This document shows positions 11,330 to 24,121 of a DNA stretch of 64,000 bases, in pieces (the stretch's first letter is position 1; each line of letters starts with the position of its first letter). The stretch is taken from assembly GCA_964552565.1 (NCBI GenBank), contig CAZKGL010000001.1, forward strand, positions 371,061 to 435,060. The letters are read 5' to 3'. The notes below the pieces were generated by a model. It did no database searches and was not told the origin of the DNA. It worked only from the letters and a program-made list of their open reading frames with translations. The stretch comes from an uncultured Gammaproteobacteria bacterium. GTDB taxonomy: Bacteria > Patescibacteriota > Patescibacteriia > UBA9934. Position numbers and translations under genes: made by a program.

Positions 11330-11968
11330 CTAGCGAGAACGCCGCGGCTTGCTCTCCTTCTCTTGTCCCCACCGTACGATGAGCGCGTGGTACTCGTTGT
11401 AGACATCGTAGTCCTTGGGCAAACGCGCTTCGAAGTAGTCCTTGTAGCCTTGGTAGTTTGCAAAGCTGACGCCGTGGCGTTCGCAGAGGCGCTTGGTGTA
11501 CACGTCGACGACGAATTCCAGACGCTTGCCCGCGTAGCACAACATCGAGTCCGCGGTTTCCGGACCGACGCCCCACAGGGCGAGGAGCTCGTCGCGAGGA
11601 ATCGTCGTGATCATTGTTTTTGCGTCGCCGTGGTAATGATCGATGACGTGCTCCGCGAGGATCTTGAGCTTCTTCGCTTTCTGGTTGAAATAGCGCGCGG
11701 GGACGATGCGTGTTTTGAGTTTTTCGATGGTGACCTTCGCGATGGATTGCGGGTCGAGGCAATCGACGGCATGGAGGTTTTCAATCGCCATGGCGACGTT
11801 CTTCCATGACGTGTTCTGCGTGAGGATGCCGCCGAGCATGATTTCAAACACCGGGTCGAACCCCGGGCGCTTCTTTCCCTTATGGACCGGCCACCATTGC
11901 TGCGGGCCGTATCGTGTGCGGAGATCGCGGTAGACCTTCATGACCTGCATACGTCGGTATCCTAGCAC
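11330..11968 (-). CDS. HhH-GPD / endonuclease III-family DNA glycosylase
   Basis: 212 aa with a helix-hairpin-helix LWGVGPETAD and HhH-GPD fold features. Confidence 0.7.
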   Translation of the reverse strand: MLGYRRMQVMKVYRDLRTRYGPQQWWPVHKGKKRPGFDPVFEIMLGGILTQNTSWKNVAMAIENLHAVDCLDPQSIAKVTIEKLKTRIVPARYFNQKAKKLKILAEHVIDHYHGDAKTMITTIPRDELLALWGVGPETADSMLCYAGKRLEFVVDVYTKRLCERHGVSFANYQGYKDYFEARLPKDYDVYNEYHALIVRWGQEKESKPRRSR

Positions 11969-12015
11969 ATTGACGCGAAGCGTCCTCTGGCGCAGACTGG
12001 TGCCGGAGGTGCCCC

Positions 12016-12327
12016 ATGTTCCAGACCCACGCCGCCGTCGTGCTCATGGAGCTCGACTCGGAGCCAGCGCTCGACCTCGTGCTCATCGCCGGCAACGACG
12101 GCGAGGAGGAGGTCATCGCGTTCACGGCCGTCACCATGGACGGCGAGCGCGTGCTCGAGTCCGAGCCGCTCACGCGCCGCCTCGTCTCGGAGGAGGATCC
12201 GCGCATGCTGCGCGCCCTTGCCCGCTTCGCGGCGATGTGGGGGCTGCACGCGGGCGACCTCGTCCGCATGTTCGCCGCCTACGAGGCGTACGAGCACCTG
12301 ACGCTCGACCCGCGCCTCGCCGCCTGA
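12016..12327 (+). CDS. Hypothetical small acidic protein
   Basis: 103 aa, very GC-rich, with a GGAGG ribosome-binding site (RBS). Followed by a GC hairpin (ccccgcatcgagctccgcgatgcgggg). Confidence 0.5.
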   Translation: MFQTHAAVVLMELDSEPALDLVLIAGNDGEEEVIAFTAVTMDGERVLESEPLTRRLVSEEDPRMLRALARFAAMWGLHAGDLVRMFAAYEAYEHLTLDPRLAA

Positions 12328-12430
12328 ACCTCATCCGTCTCCGCCCCGCATCGAGCTCCGCGATGCGGGGCTCGCGCGTCTTGACGGCAGAGGTCGTTTT
12401 CGAGACGATGGGAATCACAGGAGGTGTCGG

Positions 12431-12787
12431 ATGTCCCGTTGCCTTGTCCATCTGCGCCATGTCGTCGCGCTGTTCGAGAGCAATCCCGGCGTGCACTACC
12501 TGCCGGAGCTCCTCGCCGCGATCGGCCATGCGCTCGAGCTCGACATGACGAACGCCGAGGTCGACGACGTCGCCCGACGGTTCGCGCCCCTCGTCCGCTC
12601 GATCGACCGCGACCGGCGCCAGCGCGCCGTCACCGAGTGCGTCACCACGCTCACGGACAGCCGGTGCAGCCGCGACTACTTCGAGGCCTTCGATCCCGAT
12701 GAGGCGACGCCGCGCGACGTGCTGCGGTGGATCCAACTCGGCGCCAGACGGCTCGCCTGCCCGGTCGTCGTCCCGCGCGCCGCCTGA
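12431..12787 (+). CDS. Hypothetical small protein
   Basis: 118 aa with an AGGAGG RBS. Followed by a related hairpin plus T-tract. Confidence 0.5.
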   Translation: MSRCLVHLRHVVALFESNPGVHYLPELLAAIGHALELDMTNAEVDDVARRFAPLVRSIDRDRRQRAVTECVTTLTDSRCSRDYFEAFDPDEATPRDVLRWIQLGARRLACPVVVPRAA

Positions 12788-12814
12788 TCGGCGGCAATAC
12801 CCGTGTCCCCGCAT

Positions 12815-12850
12815 CGAGCCTCCGGTGCGGGGCTCATGCTTTTTTCTGAC
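12815..12850 (+). terminator. Rho-independent terminator (hairpin ccccgca...tgcgggg + TTTTTT)
   Basis: Read directly from the sequence, downstream of the 12431-12787 ORF. Confidence 0.55.
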
Positions 12851-12904
12851 GAGAAACGGCCTACGCGCGAGGGCGAGGCCGCATTGAACCACTGCGGCGG
12901 TTGA

Positions 12905-13051
12905 CTAGCCGTCGAACTCCGAGCAGTTCATGACGATGCGGTACGTGCATTTTTCACTGCGGCAGATGACCTTGCACTTCTCGTTCTCGCAACGCTCGCC
13001 GCACACTGGGCAGAGCATGTTGGGTATCGGTTCCGGGATTTCGTCGGTCAT
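12905..13051 (-). CDS. Small zinc-ribbon protein (48 aa; four Cys in CPVC...CKVIC spacing)
   Basis: Hand-translated MTDEIPEPIPNMLCPVCGERCENEKCKVICRSEKCTYRIVMNCSEFDG. Not in the ORF track because it is shorter than 60 aa. Lies downstream of an AT-rich palindromic region. Confidence 0.4.
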   Translation of the reverse strand: MTDEIPEPIPNMLCPVCGERCENEKCKVICRSEKCTYRIVMNCSEFDG

Positions 13052-13298
13052 AGCGTTTCACTTTTTTCACGATCGTGAATGTTCTGTAACGCGATCATTC
13101 AGCCCTGTTATTTTATGGCGGCCGTCGATTTTTTGACACCTGAGGTACGTTTTTTGTCCGATCGGACATTTCCCGTTCCTTTAAACGAAAGGACTGCGCT
13201 CGCTGGCAGTGGTCCTTTGCAGGATGGGAACAAACTGAAGACCGCGCCCGGGCCACGATCTCCAGCCTCGATGAGGCGAGTGTGGCGCCGAAGCGCGG

Positions 13299-13667
13299 TC
13301 AGGGGCTGTACGTGTGGATGATGACCTGGGCGACGAGGATCTTGGTGATGACGACCTCGGTCGTCTTCCGGCGGTCCTTCTCATCGTTCTCGAGAACCCG
13401 CTGCAGCATGCACGAGACCTCGTTGAGCTCGCGATGAGGGTCTTCCTGAGCACCGTGAGGCTGGAACCGCAGCTTGAGATCCGTGACCTGATCGATCACA
13501 CGCTCGAACCGCCCCCGAACATCGTAGGGCCGGTCGTCGCGACCCACGACGCGCTCGCCGTGAACCTTCGCAGTCGACTTGGTGAGCACGATCTCGCGCG
13601 TCAGGTGCGAGCTCGGCAGTTCTTCGCCCTCGCACCAGACATGCAGGAGGAGGCGGAAACTGATCAT
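13299..13667 (-). CDS. Hypothetical protein
   Basis: ORF with GGAG upstream of an internal ATG (MISFRLLL...). No recognisable family. Confidence 0.45.
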   Translation of the reverse strand: MISFRLLLHVWCEGEELPSSHLTREIVLTKSTAKVHGERVVGRDDRPYDVRGRFERVIDQVTDLKLRFQPHGAQEDPHRELNEVSCMLQRVLENDEKDRRKTTEVVITKILVAQVIIHTYSP

Positions 13668-13720
13668 TGGCACTCCAGGTTGCGCGCGAATGCTAGCGCA
13701 AAATTCAACCTTTGTCAACC

Positions 13721-13748
13721 AAAAAAGCCCTGTTCGGGGCTTTTTTGA
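13721..13748. terminator. Bidirectional rho-independent terminator (aaaaaagccctgttcggggctttttt)
   Basis: Perfect hairpin flanked by A and T tracts, immediately downstream of atpC. Confidence 0.8.
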
Positions 13749-13754
13749 TTGGGC

Positions 13755-14204
13755 TTATTCGTTTACCGGGGCTTGGGTTTTTGAGCCGCGGTGCTTGTGT
13801 TTCATTGCGACGCGGTAGCGGGCCAGTTCGCGTTCGAGGTGTGCAGCGGCGTCGGCGAATGCGACAGCATCCTTGTTCTTCGCCTCGACGAGCGCCTGTT
13901 CGGCACGCTTCTTTGCTTCCTCAATCGCCGCGAGCTCCAGTTCGTCGGATCGTTCCGCGGTGTCTGCGAGGATGACGATCTCGTTTGCGCCGCGGACTTC
14001 CAGGAGCCCGGTCGATACGGCGAGCGCCGTTTCCTCCTTGCCCTGCATGACCCGCATTTCACCAGCGCGGAGCAGCGTTGCCAGCGGGATGTGGTTCGGC
14101 AGCACGGTAATCTCGCCGTTCTCGGTCATCGCGGTCACCGAATCAACCGTGCTCTCGAGCACGATGCGTTCCGGGGTCACGATCTTGAGTTTGAGTTGCG
14201 CCAT
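13755..14204 (-). CDS. atpC: ATP synthase F1 epsilon subunit
   Basis: 149 aa, last gene of the atp operon, with an epsilon N-terminal beta-sandwich motif. Confidence 0.85.
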   Translation of the reverse strand: MAQLKLKIVTPERIVLESTVDSVTAMTENGEITVLPNHIPLATLLRAGEMRVMQGKEETALAVSTGLLEVRGANEIVILADTAERSDELELAAIEEAKKRAEQALVEAKNKDAVAFADAAAHLERELARYRVAMKHKHRGSKTQAPVNE

Positions 14205-14333
14205 AGCTTTTTTCTCTCCTAGAGTGACGGCGTAGGCCGCGACGAAGCGAGTCCCGGCCCTGCTGAATCCCGCCGAGACACCGCGAGGCGCCGTTCCTGG
14301 ATTCAGCGGTTGACGGGACGAGCGAGGAGCGGC

Positions 14334-15701
<1,368 letters not shown>

Positions 15702-16565
15702 TTATTTCTCAAGTGCCGCTTTACCGCTGCTGATTTCGGCAATTTCTTGCGTAATCGCGGCCTGGCGTGCCTGGTTATAGGTGAAGGTCAGGTCTTCGAG
15801 CATTTCGGTCGCCGAGTCGGAGGCGTTCCGCATCGCCATCATGCGTGCCGCGTGTTCGCTCGCCGCTGCCTCGAGGAGCGCCTGGAACACCATGGTTTCA
15901 ATGAGGCCCGGTAGCGCGCGGTCGAGGACCTTTTGCGGACTCGGTTCGAAGGTAAATTCCCTTCCGACGTCATGTGCGCCGTCCACCGTCATCGGCAGAA
16001 GCGTCGTCATGTTCGGTCGCTGCGTGATACCGGAGACGTAGTCGGTGTAGCCGAGGAGCACGGTTTTGTACTCGCCCGCGGTGAACCGCTCGATGATCAT
16101 GCGCCCGATCGGGATAATGTCCTTGAACTGCGGGCTTTCGGCAAGGCCGGGGAACGAGGCGATGACCGGGTATCCGGCGCGCGCCAATGCGTCGCCGCCG
16201 CGTTTGCCGATCGCGACCACGTCGACGCTTCCCGCGGGCAGCTGCTTGAGGGCCGCAAGCGCGGTCTTCAGCATGTTGACGTTATAGCCGCCGGCAAGTC
16301 CGCGGTCGGAGCTGAAGAGCACGAGCAATGTGCGGGTCGCCCCTTCCTTGCGTTCGAGGAGCGGGTGGCGAATCGCCTCCCCCGTCGCCGCAGCAACCGC
16401 GCGGATCGTTTCCCACGACAGCTGCGCATACGGCCTCGTCTTCACGACGGCGGTTGCGGCGCGACGCATCTTTGCGGCAGCAACAAGCTCCATCGCTTTC
16501 GTAATCTTGCGAGTATTACGAACCGATTTGATACGGCGCTGAATTGCTTTTTTCGAGATGGCCAC
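15702..16565 (-). CDS. atpG: ATP synthase F1 gamma subunit
   Basis: 287 aa in the gamma position of the operon. Confidence 0.9.
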   Translation of the reverse strand: MAISKKAIQRRIKSVRNTRKITKAMELVAAAKMRRAATAVVKTRPYAQLSWETIRAVAAATGEAIRHPLLERKEGATRTLLVLFSSDRGLAGGYNVNMLKTALAALKQLPAGSVDVVAIGKRGGDALARAGYPVIASFPGLAESPQFKDIIPIGRMIIERFTAGEYKTVLLGYTDYVSGITQRPNMTTLLPMTVDGAHDVGREFTFEPSPQKVLDRALPGLIETMVFQALLEAAASEHAARMMAMRNASDSATEMLEDLTFTYNQARQAAITQEIAEISSGKAALEK

Positions 16566-16574
16566 AACGTACGG

Positions 16575-18077
16575 TTACTTGGTGAACATGCCGAGGAAAT
16601 TCTTGAGGTGCGTCTCGAGTTCGGCCTTTGCCTCCGGCGTGACGTCCTTTGCGGACTCGATCGCCTTCAGCGTCGACTCGCCGCTCGTGCGCATGTACGC
16701 GAGGAACTCCTGCTCGAAGCGCGACACGTCAGCGACGTCGATCGTGTCGAGGAACCCGTTGTTGAGCGCGAAGATCATGATGGACTGCTCAAAGAACGGG
16801 AGCGGTGCGTACTGCTTTTGCTTCATGAGTTCCATGGCGCGGCGGCCGCGCTCGATTTGCTTCTTGGTCGCCTCGTCCATGTCCGACGCAAACTGCGCGA
16901 ACGCTTCGAGTTCGCGGAACTGCGCCAGGTCGACTTTCAGCGTCTTCGCGACGTTCTTCATCGCCTTCGTCTGCGCGGCGCTGCCGACGCGCGACACCGA
17001 AAGGCCGACGTTCAGGGCCGGGCGCTGGCCGCGGTAGAACAGGTCGCTCTCGAGGTAGATCTGGCCGTCGGTGATGGAGATGACGTTCGTCGGGATGTAC
17101 GCCGACACGTCGCCGCCCTGCGTCTCGATGATCGGGAGCGCGGTAATCGACCCGCCGCCGTGCTCTTCGCTGACGCGTGCGGCGCGCTCGAGGAGGCGGG
17201 AGTGGAGGTAGAAGACGTCGCCCGGGTAGGCTTCGCGGCCCGGCGGACGGCGCAGGAGGAGCGAAATTTCGCGGTATGCCCACGCGTGCTTGGAAAGGTC
17301 ATCGTAGACGATGAGCACGTCCTCGCCCTTCTCCATGAAGTATTCGGCGATGGCGCAGCCTGCGTACGGGGCGATGTAGAGCATCGACGCCGGATCCGAC
17401 GCGCCGGCGAGCACGATGGTCGTGTACTCCATCGCGCCGGCCTTTTCGAGGCGCGCCTTGATGTTCGCCACCTTCGACTCCTTCTGGCCGACGGCGACGT
17501 AGACGCATTTCACGCCAAGCCCCTTCTGGTTCAAAATCGTGTCGATGGCGATTGCGGTCTTGCCGGTCTGGCGGTCGCCGATGATGAGCTCGCGCTGGCC
17601 GCGGCCGATCGGGATGAGCGCGTCAATCGCCTTGATGCCGGTTTGCAGCGGCACCGAGACGGATTTGCGCGTCATGACGCCCGGCGCGACCTTTTCGATC
17701 GGCATGTCCTTCGCCACGGTGATGGCGCCTTTGCCGTCGACCGGGTTGCCGAGCGCATCGACCACGCGGCCGATGATGTCGTCGCCGACCGGAATAGCAA
17801 GGATGCGGCCCGTTGCGCGGACCGTGTCGCCTTCGCTGATGCCTGAGGTCTCGCCAAGGATGATGGCGCCGATGACCTCGTCTTCGAGGTTGAGCGCGAT
17901 GCCGGTGACGCCGTTGAAGTCAAGCATTTCCTGCGCCTTGACGTTGGCGAGTCCGGACACGCGCGCGACGCCGTCCGCGACCGACAGGACGGTGCCGACG
18001 GTCTCGACGTGCGCGTCGGCCTTGAAGGCCTCGATCTGCTCGCGCAAGGCGGAAATGATATCTGCTTTCTTTGCCAT
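16575..18077 (-). CDS. atpA: ATP synthase F1 alpha subunit
   Basis: 500 aa with Walker A GDRQTGKT. Confidence 0.95.
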   Translation of the reverse strand: MAKKADIISALREQIEAFKADAHVETVGTVLSVADGVARVSGLANVKAQEMLDFNGVTGIALNLEDEVIGAIILGETSGISEGDTVRATGRILAIPVGDDIIGRVVDALGNPVDGKGAITVAKDMPIEKVAPGVMTRKSVSVPLQTGIKAIDALIPIGRGQRELIIGDRQTGKTAIAIDTILNQKGLGVKCVYVAVGQKESKVANIKARLEKAGAMEYTTIVLAGASDPASMLYIAPYAGCAIAEYFMEKGEDVLIVYDDLSKHAWAYREISLLLRRPPGREAYPGDVFYLHSRLLERAARVSEEHGGGSITALPIIETQGGDVSAYIPTNVISITDGQIYLESDLFYRGQRPALNVGLSVSRVGSAAQTKAMKNVAKTLKVDLAQFRELEAFAQFASDMDEATKKQIERGRRAMELMKQKQYAPLPFFEQSIMIFALNNGFLDTIDVADVSRFEQEFLAYMRTSGESTLKAIESAKDVTPEAKAELETHLKNFLGMFTK

Positions 18078-18081
18078 ATGC

Positions 18082-18471
18082 TTAGACTTCGCTATACATT
18101 GCCTGTTTCAACCGCATGAGCGCCCCCGTGACCGAACCGTCGATGCGTGTGTTGTCGATGCGGACGATGGCGCCACCGATCAGCCGGTCATCGATGACCT
18201 CGGCGACATCGGCGCCCGCCCCGCGCTTCTCGAGTTCCGCGCGCGCGGCCTCGGTGAGCGAGTGGGCGGAGACGACCGTGATCGACGACGCGCCGTAGAC
18301 CTTCGCCCAGGCGTTGTGGATCGCCGCTTCGAGCTCGCGCCACTTGCTGAGCGCGCCGTGTTCGGCGAGGAACGCGACGACCGACTGCATCATCGCCTTG
18401 ATCTCTGCCGCGCTCTTGCCCTCCGCGGCTTTTGCGACCGTTTCCGCGATCGCGTGCATGGGAAGCCGCAT
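18082..18471 (-). CDS. atpH: ATP synthase delta (OSCP) subunit, unusually short (129 aa)
   Basis: Sits in the atpH position. Only the C-terminal part resembles OSCP. Confidence 0.7.
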   Translation of the reverse strand: MRLPMHAIAETVAKAAEGKSAAEIKAMMQSVVAFLAEHGALSKWRELEAAIHNAWAKVYGASSITVVSAHSLTEAARAELEKRGAGADVAEVIDDRLIGGAIVRIDNTRIDGSVTGALMRLKQAMYSEV

Positions 18472-18473
18472 AG

Positions 18474-19106
18474 TTAGGTCATTTTGCGCACGACCTCTTC
18501 GGCCAGCGATTTGGATTTCCCTTCATCGACACCCGTGTGCAGGATGCGCGCGGCAGCCTTCACGGCGATATCGACCATGTCTTTGCGCACCTCGCGCAGC
18601 ATGGACTCCTTGTCGATGATGAGCTGTTGTTTGCCTTTGGCGATGACGCGCTCCACCTCGCGTTTTGCCGCGTCGATCATCTCCTCCTTGCGCGTCTCGC
18701 TTTGCGCGACCGCGGCGGTGACGATCTCCTGCGCCTCCTTGCGCGCAGCGGCAAGCAGCGCCTCGCGCTCCACTTCGAACTCGCGGACGCGGGCCTCGAC
18801 CGCTTCGGCGTCTGCGACGCTTTTTGCGATCTTCGCCTCGCGTTCCTCAAGCATGCGGAGCACCGGTTTGTAGGCGAACTTCCACAAGACGAAAAGCACG
18901 AGGAGGAAGTTGACGAGCTGCGCGACGAACATGCCGCCGTTCAGCCCGAACGTGCCGATGACGGCCGCAGGGCCGCCGGCTGCTTCTTCGGTTGCCGCAA
19001 TTTCGGTCGACGTCTCCGCGACGCCTTCTGCGGCGATGGTGGTTGCTTCGTTTGTGGGGGTGGACATAACCGGTGTGTCATTGCGAGGAGCGCAGCGACG
19101 AAGCAA
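18474..19106 (-). CDS. atpF: ATP synthase Fo subunit b
   Basis: 210 aa with an N-terminal TM segment followed by a long charged coiled coil. Confidence 0.8.
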   Translation of the reverse strand: MLRRCAPRNDTPVMSTPTNEATTIAAEGVAETSTEIAATEEAAGGPAAVIGTFGLNGGMFVAQLVNFLLVLFVLWKFAYKPVLRMLEEREAKIAKSVADAEAVEARVREFEVEREALLAAARKEAQEIVTAAVAQSETRKEEMIDAAKREVERVIAKGKQQLIIDKESMLREVRKDMVDIAVKAAARILHTGVDEGKSKSLAEEVVRKMT

Positions 19107-19164
19107 TCCGGGCTAGCCAAGATTGCTTCGGCCGTGGGACGGCCTCGCAATGACGGAGATAAAA

Positions 19165-20351
<1,187 letters not shown>

Positions 20352-20600
20352 ACGAACGAACTTTCCGGATCAGGATGAAGACGGTCAGGACAAAGGTGCA
20401 TGCGAGGAGCCCGATGAACCATGCCCTCCCCGTGCCGTACCGGCCGTCGAGGAATCGACCCAAGAGCGCGGCGACCACTGCCGGGACGAAAATCGTCGCG
20501 GTCAGGTCCGCCATGGCGCGAAGGGCGAATACGTAGTATTTCCCCAGCCCCTTTTCCTGCATAAATTGCGCCATAAGTATAGACGTGGCGAGAGGCTGCG

Positions 20601-21485
20601 TCAAGCGCGCTCGAGCCCAAAAAGCCGGACGGCGTTTTCCGTGGTCACTCGGGCGACCTCGTCGACGGATATGCCTTTAAGTTCAGCGATTTTTTCGGCC
20701 ACATATTCCACGTAACGCGGCTCATTTCGTTTGCCGCGCAGCGGGGCGGGTGTGAGGTACGGGGCATCGGTTTCGAGCATGATCTGCGCGAGCGGGATCT
20801 CCCGCACCGCGTCCTGGACGTTCTTCCCAAAGGTCACGATGCCGCCGATCGACACCAGGAACCCGACATCCCGATATGCCGCCGCTTCTTCTGCCGTGCC
20901 CGTAAAACAATGGATAACGCCGCCCTTCGTGAGCCCGCCACGGTTGTTCACCTCTTCGGCGAGGAGGCGCACCTGGTCGGCGTGCGCGTCGCGACAGTGG
21001 ATGACTACCGGTTTGTCTACTTCGGACGCGAACTGCAGTTGGGCCCGGCATGCGTCGCGCTGGTCTTGCTTCATGCGCTCGACGTCGACGCCTGGCGGGA
21101 CGCGGTAATAGTCCAACCCGAACTCGCCGATGGCGACGACTTTCGGATGCCGTACAAGCGTTCGATAGTATTCCGGGTCAAACGCCTCCGCGCGGGTTTT
21201 TATTTTCGAGAACGCGTTCCCATTTGGTAATGGATTATCATTTGGTAATTCATTCTCATCAAGAAACTCCTGTGCGTGGAGGTGGTTCGGATGCAGTCCG
21301 ATGGTGCACCAGACACCGTCGTACCGTTCTGCAACCTCGAGGCCGTTCTTGCTCGTTGTCGACTGCGTGCCGACCGTAATCATGCCGACGCCCGCATCGA
21401 GCGAGCGGCGGATCACGTCGTCCATGTCGTCCTTGTACGCCTGGAAGTGGACGTGGCAGTGCGTGTCGATGAAACGCATGCGCAT
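20601..21485 (-). CDS. tatD: TatD-family metal-dependent DNase/hydrolase
   Basis: FIDTHCHV and related His/Asp metal ligands typical of TatD. Confidence 0.85.
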   Translation of the reverse strand: MRMRFIDTHCHVHFQAYKDDMDDVIRRSLDAGVGMITVGTQSTTSKNGLEVAERYDGVWCTIGLHPNHLHAQEFLDENELPNDNPLPNGNAFSKIKTRAEAFDPEYYRTLVRHPKVVAIGEFGLDYYRVPPGVDVERMKQDQRDACRAQLQFASEVDKPVVIHCRDAHADQVRLLAEEVNNRGGLTKGGVIHCFTGTAEEAAAYRDVGFLVSIGGIVTFGKNVQDAVREIPLAQIMLETDAPYLTPAPLRGKRNEPRYVEYVAEKIAELKGISVDEVARVTTENAVRLFGLERA

Positions 21486-21488
21486 ATG

Positions 21489-21971
21489 TTAATCGAGTCG
21501 AAGGATATGAACGGCCTGCGAAATGATCGCGCTCTCCGACATGAACGCGCTGCTCACGAACCCCGACGGAACGAGGTAGTTGACCGCGACGTAGAGGAGG
21601 ATGGCCGCGAACACCCCGCCCTCGATGACGCCGACGACAGCTCCGAGGATGCGGTTGATGAGGCCAACGCCGGGAATAATGCTGATGATGCGGAACAGCC
21701 CGTTCAGCAATGAAACGACAAGCCGGAGCAGCCGGATGACGAGCAGGAAGACCGCGACGAACGCGAGGAGCATCAGGATCGGGTGTGCGGACTTGAACGC
21801 CGCAAGAAATGCGATGTCGTCAACAAACGAAAACAACAGTCCGGTGATGACCATCCCTGCAACAAGGCTCAAGACGTTGCCGAATGCCACGACGAAACCG
21901 GCGCGCCATCCGTGGATGACGCCGAGCGCGAGGATGGCGAGGATGGCGATGTCGGCCCATGTCATATGCAA
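21489..21971 (-). CDS. CvpA-family membrane protein
   Basis: 160 aa with 4 TM helices. CvpA-like; the assignment is recalled from memory. Confidence 0.5.
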   Translation of the reverse strand: MHMTWADIAILAILALGVIHGWRAGFVVAFGNVLSLVAGMVITGLLFSFVDDIAFLAAFKSAHPILMLLAFVAVFLLVIRLLRLVVSLLNGLFRIISIIPGVGLINRILGAVVGVIEGGVFAAILLYVAVNYLVPSGFVSSAFMSESAIISQAVHILRLD

Positions 21972-22001
21972 TCGGCGGGGTGCGGGGACCCCCGCCTATG
22001 A

Positions 22002-23444
22002 TTATGGAGAGGTTTGGTCGTGGCGCGGGAAGAGCGGGTCGCCATGGACGATCGTGGCATCGGCGTAGCGGCGCAGGATCTCCTCGGACGCATTCGGAGT
22101 GATCGGCGCCATCGCCTTCGCGATCCAGCGCACCATGCCCGCGGTCTCGGACAGCGTCTTTTTTGCTGCGGCCGGGTCGGTCTTCGCCGTCTTGAACGGC
22201 GCCTCCTGGTCGATCTTCAGGTTTGCCGCGTCAACGACGTCCCACACCGCTTCGATATACGACTTGAAGTCGTACTTCTCGATGAGCGATGCGAGCCGGG
22301 CATCGTCGCCCGCGTAGTCCGCCATGTCGAGCGCGCCCTCAAAGTATTTGTGCGCCATCGCGGAGACACGGCTTACGAGGTTGCCGAGGCCGTTCGCGAG
22401 GTCGGCGTAGCGTTCCTCGAGCTTTGCAATGCTGATGTCGCCGTCGTCGCCATACGGGAGCGACCGCAGGAAGCCGTAGCGGAGCGCATCGACGCCGAAG
22501 TCATCGACGAGCGCGATCGGGTCGAGCACGTTGCCGAGCGACTTCGACATCTTTTCCCCATCGACGGTAAAGAAGCCGTGCACGAAGACCTCGGTCGGCA
22601 ACGGAACGCCCGCCGAAAGGAGGAATGCCGGCCAGTACACGACATGGAAGCGCGCGATGTCCTTGCCGATGACGTGGAGGCGCTGGTCTGCGTCGAGCCA
22701 AAAATCATGGTACGCCGGCGCGTCGTCCGCAAACCCCAGCGCGGCGATATAGTTGCTGAGCGCGTCGACCCAGACGTACATCACTTGGCGTTCATCACCC
22801 GGGACCGGGACGCCCCAGTGCTCGGCGCGCTCGACGCTGCGCGAAATACTGAAGTCCTGCAGCCCGCCTCGGACGAAGGCGAGCATTTCATTCTTGCGCG
22901 AGGCCGGCGTGATCTTCAGCGTGTCGTTCGCGATGAGCTCTTCGAGTTTCTGCTGGTAATTCGAGAGTTTGAAGAAATAGTTTTCCTCTTCCACGTGCTC
23001 GAGGGGCTTCTTATGGATCGTGCAGATGCCGCCAGGGGCCTCGGCGTCGGTATAGAACATTTCGCAGCCGACGCAGTAGTTGCCGCGGTACTTCTTCTTA
23101 TAAATATCCTCCGGCTTGAACATGCTCCAGAGCTTTTGCGCTCCGCGCATGTGCCGCTCTTCACGCGTCCGGATGAAATCGTCGAACGTCAGCGCGAGCA
23201 CGTCCTTCAGGTTTTTGAAAACTTCGGCGTGGCGTGCAACGTACGTTTCGGTCTCCTCGCCCGCCGCTTCCGCCGCGCGGACGTTCTTGAGGCTGTTGTC
23301 ATCCGTGCCGTACTGCCCGCGGACCGCGTCGCCCGTTGCGCGGAAGTAGCGCAAGAGCGCGTCGGCTTGGATGTACTCCAATGCATGGCCGATGTGGGGC
23401 TTGGCGTTCACGTACGGGATGGCGGTCGTAATGTAGCGCTTCAT
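22002..23444 (-). CDS. metG: Methionine--tRNA ligase (short form)
   Basis: MKRYITTAIPYVNAKPHIGHA (HIGH motif) and KMSKS. The track ORF has a ~100-aa spurious N-terminal extension. Confidence 0.9.
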   Translation of the reverse strand: MKRYITTAIPYVNAKPHIGHALEYIQADALLRYFRATGDAVRGQYGTDDNSLKNVRAAEAAGEETETYVARHAEVFKNLKDVLALTFDDFIRTREERHMRGAQKLWSMFKPEDIYKKKYRGNYCVGCEMFYTDAEAPGGICTIHKKPLEHVEEENYFFKLSNYQQKLEELIANDTLKITPASRKNEMLAFVRGGLQDFSISRSVERAEHWGVPVPGDERQVMYVWVDALSNYIAALGFADDAPAYHDFWLDADQRLHVIGKDIARFHVVYWPAFLLSAGVPLPTEVFVHGFFTVDGEKMSKSLGNVLDPIALVDDFGVDALRYGFLRSLPYGDDGDISIAKLEERYADLANGLGNLVSRVSAMAHKYFEGALDMADYAGDDARLASLIEKYDFKSYIEAVWDVVDAANLKIDQEAPFKTAKTDPAAAKKTLSETAGMVRWIAKAMAPITPNASEEILRRYADATIVHGDPLFPRHDQTSP

Positions 23445-24121
23445 ACCTTCCAATGCTTCGGTGCTAAGACAATGACGAACTCGCCCTTGCTGCTTGTCGC
23501 CGCGATCGCATCGGCGATTGACGCTGCCGTGCCGCGGTAGATCGTTTCGTGCAGCTTCGTCAGCTCGCGGCCGACCATCATCGGGCGGTCCTGCGGCAGT
23601 TCTGCGAGGGTCTTCATGATGCGGTGGGTCGATTCGTACAGCACGACGGTTTCTTCGCGCTCCGCGACCTCGCGGAAGAACGTCGCTCGCCCTTTTTTGT
23701 GTGGCGGAAAAGCGAAGAAGCTGAACCGGTCGGCGGGGAACCCGCACACCGACAAGGCCGCAATAACCGCCGACGGGCCCGGGATCGGCGTGACGGTGAA
23801 GCCGGCTTCCGCAGCGCGCGCAACAAGCTCGCCACCCGGGTCGCTGATGCCCGGCGTCCCGGCGTCCGTGACGAGGCTCACCGACTTCCCTTCCGCCAGG
23901 AATTCGAGGACTCGGCCGATCGCCGCATCGCCCGAATGCTGGTGCAGCGCCATGACCTTGGGGTGCGCATCGATTGATGCGAGGAGTTTTGCCGTGACGC
24001 GGGTGTCCTCTGCACAGACGACATCGGAGGTCCGAAGCGTCTCTGCGGCCCGCGAAGCAAGGTCGGCGAGATTGCCGATCGGGGTTGCAACGACGAAAAG
24101 CTGGCCGTTAGTCGTCTTCAT
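23441..24121 (-). CDS. rsmI: 16S rRNA (cytidine1402-2'-O)-methyltransferase RsmI
   Basis: 226-aa tetrapyrrole-methylase-fold protein; stop overlaps the metG start. Confidence 0.85.
   Translation of the reverse strand: MKTTNGQLFVVATPIGNLADLASRAAETLRTSDVVCAEDTRVTAKLLASIDAHPKVMALHQHSGDAAIGRVLEFLAEGKSVSLVTDAGTPGISDPGGELVARAAEAGFTVTPIPGPSAVIAALSVCGFPADRFSFFAFPPHKKGRATFFREVAEREETVVLYESTHRIMKTLAELPQDRPMMVGRELTKLHETIYRGTAASIADAIAATSSKGEFVIVLAPKHWKV

Noticed and set aside
9322-11382. 686-aa plus-strand ORF antisense to the UvrD helicase
   Set aside because: No motifs and compositionally biased; the helicase frame on the minus strand is unambiguous. The same reasoning applies to 14310-15914, 15933-17846, 19389-20378, 22014-23540, 23616-25406, 30282-31652, 62919-63959 and the many Ser/Arg-rich overlapping ORFs.
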